Positions 23,401-36,095 of a DNA stretch of 64,000 bases are shown here, piece by piece. Within the stretch, counting starts at the first letter, position 1. Each line of letters opens with the position of its first letter. Location: contig NIVC01001359.1 of the NCBI GenBank assembly GCA_002269645.1, forward strand, positions 131,492 through 195,491, read 5' to 3'. The translations under genes and the position numbers were made by a program. The DNA comes from Macrostomum lignano (taxonomy: Eukaryota). The notes beneath the pieces were generated by a model. That model was not told the origin of the DNA. It did no database searches and saw only the letters and a list, made by a program, of their open reading frames with translations.

Positions 23401-26400
23401 ATAAGTAGACTCTAGTAGTAACTGTTTAATATTCTCAAACTTACCTGCCAGTCAATAGAGCATTTGCTATCTCCCCTTGTGCCGCTGTAGCCTGCATCAG
23501 CAGAGATGACGCAAACGATAGAGTGGCCCTAAGTGTTACTATGATCGCCGGTGCTCTGCAGCTTCTTCTTGGCTTCATGCAGTTTGGCTTTCTCTCCATC
23601 TACCTGTCCGACCCGATCAACGGAGCTTTCGCTTGCGGCGCAGCGCTGCACATTGTCAGCAGCCAGCTGCGCAATATTCTTGGGGCGCCGATTCCAACCA
23701 TTAGTGGCAACGGAAAATTCTTTCTGGTAAGAAGTTGTTCCCTTATCTTATAAATGTTTGTGTCCACTGACTGGGACATTGAAAATCGTTTCTTCTTAGA
23801 TTGGATGATTGTAGATCGTTTCCTCAAACATTGGGTCATTGTAGATCGTTTCCTTGTAGATTGGGTGATTGCAGATCGCTTCCTTGTAGATTGGATGATT
23901 GTAGATAGTTTACCTGTAGATTAGGTGGTTGCAGATCGTTTTCCTGCAGATTGGGTGATTGCAGATAGTTTCCCTGTAGATTAGGTGGTTGTAGATTGTT
24001 TCCCTGTAGATTGGGTGATTGTAGATAGTTTACCTGCAGATTGGGTGATTGCAGATAGTTTCCCTGAAGATTAGGTGCTTTCAGATCGTTTTCTCGTAAA
24101 TTTGGTCCTGATTAGTTATGTTTGTTTGCACTAAGCTTATTTAGTTGATATTTTGTTAACTGGAGGTCAGCAGTAAATGCTTTAACATTGTTTTTTCTAT
24201 TTCAGTACTTCATCGAAGCTATCAAAGAGACTCTGGACTCAAAAGTGAACGTTCCGACCCTCGTAATATTCGTATTTTTCTTTCTGATTCTGTTAGTTGT
24301 TAAAATTATTAACGAACGTTGCATCAGGTACATTCGAATGCCGATTCCTATTGATATTCTCGTGGTGAGTTTAAAATTTTTTGTTTGCTGGTATTCATAT
24401 TCAATAAACAAACATGTTTAGACTTTCCACTTACAAGTAGCATTGCTCTGTTGTTTTTAGCTGATTGTCAGCTTGCTGATGTCGAAGTTTCTTTTCTGGG
24501 AGACCACGCTGAATGTTGCACCAGTGGGCGATATTCAAAAAGGGTGAGATCGCCAACAGTATACTCTAATACTGCCATTTGTTCTGTTGAAATATCCTGT
24601 TTAGAAAATCACTTTATAAGACCGCAATAAACGTATAATTAGCTGGTTGAATAGGATGAGTTAAACTTAAATTAGACTAAAGTGAATGGCTGTGCCACTA
24701 GGCCAAAACAAGTTTACTAATTATCTTACATTTATAGGGGGGCCCGGGCTATGATAAGGAGGGGTGAAGTGGAGGCGCGACTGAGGAAAGAGGGGTGGTA
24801 AAGTTGAAGAGCCAATGAGCCAATCAGAAGCCGGCGAGAGGAAGAGAGAGAGATAAGAACACCCAAATTGAACTGGACCGAGAGAGAGGGAGAGAGAGAG
24901 AGAGACAAAACGGTAAACAGACAGAGGAGGGCAGATTATTTAAAGTTCACGACACGACTAGTAAGTAGGTCACGACTCAAGAGTCTTGACTTATTTCAAA
25001 CAAGGGCAGGGTAATAAGTCACAGACTCGAAATGTTCAGAAGCAATGCAAATCCAAAGCATTTTAACAAGAAAAAAAACATTTTCAGCTGATAACCAAGT
25101 GTTACATAACTGACCCGAAGTAAAAAGCATGGCATATGCAAATAAGCGAAATATAATTAAACCCCTCTAACTTCTGGTTTTCAAAGAAAGGAGTAGCACA
25201 CTGGTATAAAGTCAAACTTCCCTAGACTACATATTTTAATTTGACTACTTGGCCCCATTTTAATTTGGGGTTCACTCATGGAATAAGGGCCTGTGTCTTG
25301 TAAGAAATGTCAGGCAAATGTACACAACCTGTGTGTGCGTTAACCTGCCCATTCCAGCGTATCTTGTGTGTGCTCAGGTGTCAGGCTTAACTACTTACCA
25401 CTCCATAAGCTTACCACTTTTTCCTTCTTTATCCCGTCGCACTTTGCTACTTTCCAACCGCAGATTCGAGCCCCCAAAAGCGCCGCTGCAGGAGCACTTT
25501 ACCACCGGTTCAGGCATCATACTCAACGGCATTGTATTGGGCATAATCTCCTACTCAATGTCCGTTTCCGTCGCCAAGACATTCGCCCTTCGCAACGGCT
25601 ACGAAATCGATCCCAACCAGGAGATGATCGCTTACGGCGCTGTAAACTTCGGAATGTGCTGGTTTGGCACCTTCGTATCCGCCTCCTCAATTGCCTGCAC
25701 CTCCCTGCACGAGTCGCTGAAAGGCAAAACTCAGGTCTACTCTTTGTACGCGATTAGCATCACCTTGATTGGCATTCTGGTGTTCGCTCCGGAGTTCTCG
25801 CCCGTGCCCAAGGTGAAATAACTGAAGTAGCCAGCTATCCCTACGTTCATAGGGTGCACTGAATTCCGAAATCTATGACAAATTTTTAATTTAAACCTTC
25901 ATTTCAGTGCGTTCTATCCGCCATCATTATTGTGAATTTGAAGAACATGATCCTACAGGTGGAGCAGCTGCCCAGACTGTGGCGAACTAACCGATACGAC
26001 TTTGTTAGTTCACGCTTGACCCTTATCGCCTGAATAAATGCTCACTATGTACACGTTGCATGGTAACTCAGAAGTAAATGGGTTTTTCAGACGATATTTC
26101 TGGTGACGCTGGCTGGCATTCTCGGCCTCGACCTGCCCATCGGCCTGCTCATCGGAGTCGTCTTCTCGCTGGCCACCGTCATCTTCAGGACTCAGGCGCC
26201 CAAGGCTTATCTGCTTGGCCGATTGCCTAACACGGATATCTACAGAAATATTAAGAAGCATAAGAAGGTAAGTTTTTGATCAAGATCGCAGGTTGTAATT
26301 GACCGAGATCTCCGTTATTGACGTCAGAGACTGCCGAATTCAAAGCATCAATTAGTGACAAGTCCCACTCGATTCTCCTCTTTTCAACTCCAGGCCGAGC

Positions 26401-28086
26401 AAATACCCGGCCTGAAGATCTTCAAATTCGACGGCTCCCTGTACTTTGCCAGCGCAGAAAACTACCGCAACAGACTCTACCGCCAGGTGGCTATGAACCC
26501 GAAACGGATTTTAGCCAAGGCGAAGACCAGAGCCAAACGGGAAGGTCGGGGTCACGGAGAGGTCGACCTGAGGACTGACATGCTGCAGGCCGAGGGAGTT
26601 CGGCGGATACTCGAAGTCGTGGCCGAAGAGGGCAGCCACTCGGTGAGTGCCAAAGTGAAATGGAGTGTCAAAGCAGTCTCAGGAGGATGCAGCGGCAAGC
26701 CAGCTCTCTAATGAACAACGCAAATCTTCGTATTCAGGTGGCTGAAGCCCGCCTCGGAGCCCAATTAGCGTTGCCAGTGCACGAGAAGCATGCTCACTTC
26801 GAATCGGTGGCCTATCACTCCGAGAATGAGGAGACGGCGTCCACAGTGAACGTCTTCTGCATCATTCTGGACATGTCCGCCTGCGCGTTCACTGACGCTG
26901 TGGGCATCCGCCTGCTGTCTCAAATTGTCGACGATTTCAGCAAAATCGGAGTTGAAATTTACCTGAGCGGCTGCACTTGGTTGGTGAGGTCTCAGCTCAG
27001 GAAAGCGAGCTTCTACGACAAGCGAAGTGAGGAGGGCTTCTTTGTGACCGTTCACGACGCCGTCATTCACGCCCTGTCCTCATTCTACAACGAGCTCTTG
27101 CAGGTAAGTAAGATAAACTGACTAGAGTTAAGAGATACGTACGAGTTAAAAATTGACTGCTTCTTTGCTCTCAGGATGAGGCCAAGCTGCACGAAGAGGA
27201 AGATGAACACCATCATGAGCTGCATCCTGAGGATGGCAGTGCGGCTGCTTCTACAGGAGAAGGCGCTTCTGCTGAAGCGTAAGTGCTATTGCTTATTGAT
27301 TACATGCGTATTGGTGAGCAAAGCCCACCAAAATTTCAACCCGTCACTCCATCGACCCGCCACTCCATCAACACACTACAACATCGACCCGCCACCTCAT
27401 CGACCCGCCACCCCATCAACTCGCCACCTCATCGATCCGCCATCTCAGAAACTACATAAGGCGCCTCAAACTCCTCTTTCTGAAACCCCAATTCTTTTGA
27501 CCTCGTCGTTCCCAGCGCCCCTAGCAGCGGCCACCTGCACGGCAGCAAGACGAAGCAGTCTGCGGCGGAATTGGCTCGCGACAGGCGTCGCCGAATTCGT
27601 AACGAGAGCTGGCGACGGAATTCAAACGCCGACATGCAGTCGGGCCCGACTTCTATGCGGTCTTTGCAGCAGGTGAGAAATTGATTGCGAAGGGAAGAAC
27701 TGTAGATGAGGAGTTTGCTAAGCACAGAATCGGATAGTTGGAAAGAGAGATATCAGGTAGAACCTGAGAGATCAAGTAGAACCGGAGAGATCAGGTAAAG
27801 CCGGAGAGATCAGGTAGCCTTAATCCAGTTAGCGATTAACAATAGGCAATCTCAACCTACTCTGCCACTACCCAAGGTGATGAGCTTGCCCACCCTGGCC
27901 GAGTCCGGTGTCACCACTCCAATGGGAGCTCACCAGCCAATAATGGGGAAATCTGGAAAGCCGGCTCCGAAATTCGGGCTGCCCGAAGACTCTGGCAACC
28001 TGGACGGCATTGACGGCAACCTGGACGGCATTGACAGCCAACCAGGACTGGACAATGCCGGCTTCGAATCCGAGACAAAGTTCTAA
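20499..28086 (+). CDS. SLC26/SulP anion transporter, paralog 2 (14 exons, 983 aa)
   Basis: Exons 20499-20940, 21489-21599, 23001-23213, 23491-23726, 24206-24364, 24461-24543, 25464-25812, 25908-26003, 26091-26267, 26394-26642, 26738-27103, 27175-27278, 27516-27672, 27877-28086. Intron positions and phases match paralog 1; total 2952 nt; ends in ETKF. Confidence 0.95.
20941..21345 (+). repeat. 36-bp donor-reiterating array of paralog 2
   Basis: 8 in-frame 36-bp copies, then about 3 shorter degenerate copies (AAGGTGAGCTGTTTGAGTCTGTTGATAATTTCTC). Confidence 0.95.
21708..22951 (+). mobile_element. Defective mariner transposon in intron 2 of SLC26 paralog 2
   Basis: TA at 21706-7 and 22952-3. 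TIRs CGAGGGGCGATCAAAAAGTTTTGTCA and TGACAGAACTTTTTGATTCTCCCTCG; length 1244 bp. Transposase fragments include DEPRSGRP, WVPKLL, IVTGDESM and HPAHSPDLAPSDFWLFP, broken by frameshifts and a stop. Confidence 0.95.
23790..24085. repeat. 30-bp minisatellite (intron 4, paralog 2)
   Basis: GATTGGGTGATTGCAGATCGTTTCCCTGTA, about 10 copies. Confidence 0.9.
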
Positions 28087-28179
28087 AGACACCTGCGAAA
28101 TAGGGACTCGGAAATTGTTGCCCAAAGCCGTGACTTTCTTCGGCTTTCTTCGGTACTTATGAACAGGGGGTGCCATTTT

Positions 28180-28420
28180 CAATGTGTGAATTTCTCCAAT
28201 TTTGGTGTGTGAATGTCTTTAATTTGAGTGTGTGAATTTCGCTAACTCGAGTGTAAGAATATCTTTAACTTAGGTCTGTGAATGTCCCTCAATCGGGTAT
28301 GTGAATGTCTCTAATTCGGGTATGTGAATGTCCCTAATTCCGGTAAGTGAATGCCCCTAATTCGAGTGTGTGAATGGCGCCAACTCTATTGTGTGAATGT
28401 TGTGGATTTGCGTGTAATTT
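28180..28420 (+). repeat. 23-bp degenerate minisatellite
   Basis: GGGTATGTGAATGTCTCTAATTC. Confidence 0.85.
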
Positions 28421-29009
28421 GCAGGCAGTTGGCCAGTGTAACGTTCGTGAATTTTATTTATTTACCTTCTGTAACTTTAAGATTCTTAGCTCGTAATTTT
28501 TATTTTTTGAACCGCCCAGTGTTCAGCTCTTCATGCGCGGCTTTTAAAATTTCTTTAAAAAAACCGTATCGTTTTTAATTTCCAAATTAATCAGTAGACT
28601 TTCATTAGATTCTATGAAACTTTACATTACCCTTTAGCAGTGCTGCAGTGTACATTATTATTGTTACGATCATTTGCACATCCTTTTTTGCTTTTAAATT
28701 CTCTCATTTAAAATTGAATTCTCCGTTTAAACCCCGTATATGCTAAAATAGATTAAACAGCTTTCGCTATTTTTATTATCTATATTCAGCCACCCCGATC
28801 GCGGTTGCACAAATGCACTGTGCATGCTTTGTATTCAAAAGGCCGAATTTTTTAATGTTATTACTATTAATAACCATAGTTATTATTACTATAGTTTTGT
28901 AATTTATAAAAAAATAGCGAAGATATCAATCATGATAATAATACTTCTGTTGTCTTCGTATTGTTTTTTAACGTTTTCGAAAAAACTGCAAGAATATAAG
29001 TTGGGGTGC

Positions 29010-29790
29010 GGGAGAGGACAGGAGGGAGAGGACAGGAGGGAGGACGGGAGGGAGAGGACAGGAGGGAGAGGACAGGAGGGAGAGGAGAGGAGGGAGAGGA
29101 CAGGAGGGAGAGGACAGGAGGGAGAGGACAGGAGGGAGAGGACAGGAGGGAGAGGACAGGAGAGAGAGAGAATGGGAGAGAGAGGACAGGAGGGAGAGGA
29201 CAGGAGGGAGAGGACAGGAGAGAGGACGGGAGGGAGAGGACAGGAGGGAGAGGACAGGAGGGAGAGGACAGGAGGGAGAGGACAGGAGGGAGAGGACAGG
29301 AGGGAGAGGACAGGAGAGAGAGAGAATGGGAGAGAGAGGACGGGAAGGAGAGGACAGGACTGAGGACGGGAAGGAGAGGACAGGAGAGAAGACAGGAGAG
29401 AGGACGGGAGGGAGAGGACAGGAGGGAGAGGACAGGAGAGAGAGAGAATGGGAAAGAGGACAGGAGGGAGAGGACAGGAGAGAGAGAATGGGAAAGAGGA
29501 CAGGAGGGAGAGGACAGGAGGGAGAGGACAGGAGGGAGAGGACAGGAGGGAGAGGACAGGAGGGAGAGGACAGGAGGGAGAGGACAGGAGGGAGAGGACA
29601 GGAGAGAGAGAGAATGGGAGAGAGAGGACAGGAGGGAGAGGACAGGAGGGAGAGGACAGGAGGGAGAGGACAGGAGAGAGAGAGAATGGGAAAGAGGACA
29701 GGAGGGAGAGGACAGGAGGGAGAGGACAGGAGGGAGAGGACAGGAGGGAGAGGACAAGAGAGAGGACGGGAGGGAGAGGATAGGGGAGCA
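29010..29790. repeat. 14-bp purine array
   Basis: GGAGGGAGAGGACA. Confidence 0.95.
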
Positions 29791-30404
29791 AGAAGAGATA
29801 GTAGGTTGGAAGGGATTGGAAGGAATTAAAATCGATAAACTCAAGTCGCAAAAATATCTTCTGTGTATAACGGCTACCGCTATATGTTATTAAAGGCTTT
29901 GAAGGAAACTGTTGCAGATGAATGACTTAATCAGCTTTTTAAGTCATCACTTAATCCAGATTATCACTAACAGAGAGCCTTGAAAATATAATGTTTATTA
30001 CATAACGTTTATCATACCATACTACTCTACTGCGCTGTGTATGCAGTTTGGGCTTTATCGGTTTCTAGGGCTTGAGTAGGAGATCAGTCTCCGGCCCCTG
30101 GTCGATTACTCAATAGTTATACACCGATCGAGATTAAAGTTAGTCGGGGCACGAAGCAGTTTAGCTCTTGGAGCGGTGGCTGCTAATTTTAGGCTGTCAA
30201 TCAATGACTGCTTGACACCCCCCCCCAGTGCTTCGACATGCTTACGGACACTTCAGGCGCCGCGGGGGAGCTGCACTCGTTTGAGCGAGTGCTCATCGCA
30301 CATTTGGCGGCGACCTTTTAAGTCGATCTTAATCTCGCTTATCTTTACTGCTATTTTGGCTTAGCCTTTCTCTTTTAGCTCCTCCTCATCATATCCACCT
30401 GACC

Positions 30405-31170
30405 TCTCCTCTCCCTCTTCTCCTCTCCCTCCCTCTTCTACTCTCCCTCCCTCTTCTACTCTCCCTCCCTCTTCTTCTCTTCCTCCCTCTTCTCCTCTCC
30501 TCTCCCTCTTCTACTCTCCCTCCCTCTTCTCCTCTCCCTCCCTCTTCTCCTCTCCTCTCCCTCTTCTCCTCTCCCTCCCTCTTCTCCTCTCCCTCCCTCT
30601 TCTCCTCTCCCTCCCTCTTCTCCTCTCCCTCCCTCTTCTCCTCTCCCTCCCTCTTCTCCTCTCCCTCCCTCTTCTCCTCTCCCTCCCTCTTCTCCTCTCC
30701 CTCCCTCTTCTCCTCTCCCTCCCTCTTCTCCTCTCCCTCCCTCTTCTCCTCTCCCTCCCTCTTCTACTCTCCCTCCCTCTTCTACTCTCCCTCCCTCTTC
30801 TTCTCTTCCTCCCTCTTCTCCTCTCCTCTCCCTCTTCTACTCTCCCTCCCTCTTCTCCTCTCCCTCCCTCTTCTCCTCTCCCTCCCTCTTCTCCTCTCCC
30901 TCCCTCTTCTCCTCTCCCTCCCTCTTCTCCTCTCCCTGCCTCTTCTCCTCTCCCTCCCTCTTCTCCTCTCCCTCCCTCTTCTACTCTCCCTCCCTCTTCT
31001 ACTCTCCCTCCCTCTTCTTCTCTTCCTCCCTCTTCTCCTCTCCTCTCCCTCTTCTACTCTCCCTCCCTCTTCTCCTCTCCCTCCCTCTTCTCCTCACCCT
31101 CCCTCTTCTCCTCTCCCTCCCTCTTCTACTCTCCCTCCCTCTTCTACTCTCCCCCTCCTTTCTTCTTCAT
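30405..31170. repeat. 18-bp pyrimidine array
   Basis: CTCTCCCTCCCTCTTCTC. Confidence 0.95.
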
Positions 31171-31639
31171 CCTCCTTTCTCCCCTCTCTCTGAGTTCCAT
31201 TCCCTGCTCATTTCTTATCACAGTTCATTCGCCTGTCTCTCACTTGGCCCTCTGCCTGAACTGTAGTTGAATTTTCACTTCAATCAATTCCACCTCAAGT
31301 CCCTGTTGTATAACACGTTCTTTCATCTTTCTCCTGCTTTCTAGCTCGCACCTCCTTCCGGCAACTAACTAATTAATTTTGCTAGAGATGCCCCCCCTGA
31401 TTTGCTTTGCTGGCACCTGTTATCAGCTTTCCAAAGACTTGGCTTCAAAGAGCAGCAAAGAATCAAAAGTATCCCGTTGTCATAAGGAAAGGAAGGCGTT
31501 AAGAGTGACAGGACGGCCATAAGAACAGCCGAATTAGGAACTTAAATCACTCTGGTTCGGATTACTGAGATCCGGCGCTGCGTCAATATGGAAGCTAAAA
31601 AATGGAACGAAAATTCACATTCTCGCTAACTTCGGATGC

Positions 31640-32590
31640 GAAACTCTCTCACTGTCACTCTTTCACTGTCACTCTCACCGTCACTCTCTAACTGTCACTC
31701 TCACCGTCACTCTCTCACTGTCACTCTCTCACTGTCGCTCTCTCACTGTCACTCTCTCACTGCCACTCTCTCACTGTCACTCTCTCACTGTCGCTCTTAC
31801 TTACACTCTCTCACTGTCACTCTCTGACTGTCACTCTCTCACTGTCACTCTCTCACTGTCACTCTCTCACTGCCACTCTCTAATTGCCACTCTCTCACTG
31901 TCACTCTCTCACTGCCACTCTCTCACTGCCACTCTCTCACTGTCACTCTCTCACTGTCGCTCTTACTAACACTCTCTCACTGTCACTCTCTGACTGTCAC
32001 TCTCTCACTGTCACTCTCTCACTGCCACTCTCTAATTGCCACTCTCTCACTGTCACTCTCTCACTGCCACTCTCTCACTGTCACTCTCTCACTGCCACTC
32101 TCTCACTGTCACTCTCTCACTGTCGCTCTTACTTACACTCTCTCACTGTCACTCTCTGACTGTCACTCTCTCACTGTCACTCTCTCACTGTCACTCTCTC
32201 ACTGCCACTCTCTAATTGCCACTCTCTCACTGTCACTCTCTCACTGCCACTCTCTCACTGCCACTCTCTCACTGTCACTCTCTCACTGTCGCTCTTACTA
32301 ACACTCTCTCACTGTCACTCTCTCACTGTCACTCTCTCTCTGTCACTCTCTCACTGCCACTCCCTCTCTCTCTCTGTCACTCTCTCATTGTCACTCTCTA
32401 ACTGCCACTCTCTCTCACTGTCACTCTCTCACTGTCACTCTCTCACTGTCACTCTCACTGGCACTCTCACTGTCACTCTTTCACTGTCACTCTCTCACTG
32501 TCACTCTCTCACTGTCACTCTCTCACTGTTGCTCTTACTGTCACTCTCTCACTGTCACTCTCTCTGTCACACTGTCACTCTCTATTACTC
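31640..32590. repeat. 14-bp array
   Basis: CTCTCTCACTGTCA. Confidence 0.95.
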
Positions 32591-33039
32591 TCTGACTACT
32601 CGAGTGTCTGGAGGTGCTAGTAAGACAGTGTGACTCTACTCGTGAAGGAATCTGTTCCCTCTGAAGTCCCCAGAGAGTATCCAAGCAGCACTGGCTTCCT
32701 ATCGAACCCCCAAACCCTAACCACCCCCCTCATGTATACAAAAATTCCGATCAGGTGTTGAAAAAATCCTCTTCTCCCTTCGTTGCACATTCGTGCGTAA
32801 TCAGCATCTGCTGCTCAGTATTGTGCCTCCGAAAGTCATAGCCTGCTCAGTTCGGGTGCTGAGAACAGTCTCAACCAGGTGCAACCCGTGATCTGCTGCC
32901 CTCAGGGTGGGACTTGGTTACTGACTAGTGTTAATTGTGATTGCACTTTTGCCACTCGGTTTCTGTTAGCAGAAAATACTGCACTTGATTCCGTTCCGAG
33001 AGCGCTCTCAGTATAAAGTTCTTGCGCTATTCTCACACC

Positions 33040-33382
33040 CAAATAAGAGACATTCACACATCAGAATTAGAGACATTCACACACCCGAATTAGACATTCA
33101 CACAGTTGAATTAAATTCATTTACACACCCGAATTAGAGACGGTCACAAACCAGAATTAGAGACGGTCACAAACTCGAATTAGAGACGGTCACAAACCAG
33201 AATTAGAGACGGTCACAAACCCGAATTAGAGACGGTCACAAACCAGAATTAGAGACGGTCACACACCAGAATTAGAGACATTCACACACCAGAATTAGAG
33301 ACATTCACACACCAGAATTAGAGACATTCACACACCCGAATTAGAGACATTCACACACCCGAATTAGAGACGGTCACAAACC
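33040..33382 (-). repeat. 23-bp minisatellite, reverse complement of the 28180-28420 unit
   Basis: GACATTCACACACCCGAATTAGA. Confidence 0.9.
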
Positions 33383-33689
33383 AGGGTTTGTATTCAACAA
33401 TTTTACAAGAGAAATTCTAGGTCCTATCAATAACTTTGACCTACTATATATCAAATTTCCTTGAGCGTACAAACATTTCTCTTTGCTTTCAATAGCAAAC
33501 TAGCTTAGGAAAGAAAACTCATCGCCAAGATAATTATGTGATGTTTGCTCAGATTTGTTTATTTTTCAGAAAGAAATTTGAGAGGCTGCATATGATTTGA
33601 GAAAAAAAATTTTGTTGTGCTTATAATATGCAAGTTACTGTTTAATAATTGTAACTAGTTCACGAATATAGTATTAGTTTATTATTTTT

Positions 33690-34044
33690 TATTAGAGGCA
33701 GGGGGTTGTTTGCACCCTGGCGCACTTTAAGCGACATAGGCACACAACCGGCGAGAGGCATTACTGCCCATTCCGCCGACTCCCCTGAGCAGGCATACAA
33801 GCGCGCGGATACGTACGCAGGCACACACTCACACAGGAGTGTACAGCGGCCCTAACTTTATATTATCGTTAGGCATGTACACTTCACTGCGCCTTGGGGG
33901 GTTGGCCCTGAAGGCCGTTAATTGCACGAGCAGAGCCAAGCCGAGATTCCAATTCAGCCCCAAATTAATGTGACTGCACTTGGAATCGAGCCTGGGTCGC
34001 TGGCACACCAGAGCAGCTGCGCTACCGCTGGGCTACGCCCCCCC
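33690..34044 (-). mobile_element. tRNA-derived SINE (second family)
   Basis: Minus strand begins GGGGGGCGTAGCCCAGCGGTAGCGCAGC...CCCAGGCTCGATTCC (A and B boxes) with no proper tRNA 3' acceptor stem. The 3' boundary is approximate. Confidence 0.6.
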
Positions 34045-34419
34045 TATTAGTTTATACAATAGTAAAATAGATTAGCAATCCATTATGATTCTAGATTGAT
34101 AGAAATAGATTAGCAATCCATTCTGGTTCCGCTTTGAATGCACAATGTTTACAAAATGGACCTACTCCCTAGTTAAACGTTAAACAAACAGTTAAACAAC
34201 GACCTTAACACATTCGCCAATTGATGCAACGAGAAGCATTGCGGTTGAGCTAATAAATGCATATCCTAATTTTAACTCTTTTGCCCTCATTTTAATAAAA
34301 AGACAGAGAATACGTGACAATGAATAACCAGCCTGTAAATTTGAAAAAAATGTTTTTATATTTTTGATTTGGAAAATTTTATATTGTTCCTTTGGTTTTG
34401 CGCTTTTCCAAGACTAGTA

Positions 34420-34965
34420 ACCTGACACAATATCAGCTAGTTAACTGACACAAATATTAGCCAATCTGACACAATGTCGGTCAAACTACTGACACAAATA
34501 TTAGCCAGTCTGACACAATGTCGGTCAAACTACTGACACAAATATTAGCGAAGTTGGCACAAATGTCGGTCAAACTACTGACACAAATATTAGCCAATCT
34601 GACACAATTTTGGTCAAACTACTGACAAAATATTTGCGAAGCTGACACAATGTCGGTCAAACTACTGACACAAATATTAGCCAGTCTGACACTGTCGGTC
34701 AAACTACTGACACAAATATTAGCCAGTCTGACACAATGTCAGTCAAACTACTGACACAAATATTAGCCAGTCTGACACTGTCGGTCAAACTACTGACACA
34801 AATATTAGCCAATCTGACACAATGTCGGTCAAACTACTGACACAAATATTAGCCAGTCTGACACAATTTTGGTCAAACTACTTACACAAATATTAGCGAG
34901 TCGACACAATGTTGGTCAGACTATTGACACAAATATTAGCGAGTCGACACAATGTTGGTCAGACT
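34420..34965. repeat. 44-bp minisatellite
   Basis: CTGACACAAATATTAGCCAGTCTGACACAATGTCGGTCAAACTA. Confidence 0.9.
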
Positions 34966-35359
34966 ACATGTCCGCAATATCGTTGCTTTTTTCAGAGAGC
35001 GCCCTGAAGATCTCTTTCGCTCTAGCAGAGTCTGCAGAATTATACGAATAGCCAAGGACGCTCGAAGCATTGCCTTCCCCAAGAACAGATTGCCCTCTCC
35101 CCCCGCAGAAGACGACTGCCTTTCTCTTGGGATTCACCTACTCGCTCACTGACTCACAGCAAACTGATTATTATCGCGCCTCTCCATGCCGAGAATGGGA
35201 TGAGGGGAGTATCTCATTCCAAGAAATAGAACAAATCGGACCAGAAAAAATTTCTGAATGCACTTTTCTTCCGCAATTTTCATAGCGGCTCTCTAAACTT
35301 CGAATTGAAAATCGTTAAACCTGAACTAGAAGCTCGAAGCTTGAGTCTAAACTCGAATC

Positions 35360-36095
35360 CGAAACTCTACTCCAATCCAGAACCTAAACCCTACCCGAAT
35401 CCCGAACCTAAACCCTACTCGAATCCCGAACCTAAACCCTACCCGAATCCCGAACCTAAACCCTACCCGAATCCCGAACCTAAACCCTACCCGAATCCCG
35501 AACCTAAACCCTACCCGAATCCCGAACCTAAACCCTACTCGAATCCCGAACCTAAACCCTACCCGAATCCCGAACCTAAACCCTACCCGAAACCCGAACC
35601 TAAACCCTACCCGAAACCCGAACCTAAACCCTACCCGAAACCCGAACCTAAACCCTACCCGAATCCCGAACCTAAACCCTACCCGAATCCCGAACCTAAA
35701 CCCTACCCGAATCCCGAACCTAAACCCTACCCGAATCCCGAACCTAAACCCTACCCGAATCCCGAACCTAAACCCTACCCGAATCCCGAACCTAAACCCT
35801 ACCCGAATCCCGAACCTAAACCCTACCCGAATCCCGAACCTAAACCCTACCCAAATCCCGAACCTTAACCCTACCCGAAACCCGAACCTAAACCCTACCC
35901 GAAACCCGAACCTAAACCCTACCCGAAACCCGAACCTAAACCCTACCCGAATCCCGAACCTAAACCCTACTCAAATACCGAACCTAAACCCTACTCAAAT
36001 ACCGAACATAAACCCTACTCAAATACCGAACATAAACCCTACTCAAATACCGAACCTAAACCCTACTCAAATACCGAACCTAAGCCCTACCCGAA
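35360..36095. repeat. 24-bp minisatellite
   Basis: GAATCCCGAACCTAAACCCTACCC, about 30 copies. Confidence 0.95.

Noticed and set aside
35305-35868. PEPKPYPN-repeat ORF resembling a surface protein; telomere-like CCTAAACCCTA
   Set aside because: 24-bp minisatellite with an in-frame TAA mid-array, no ATG or signal peptide, and not a true (TTAGGG)n tract.
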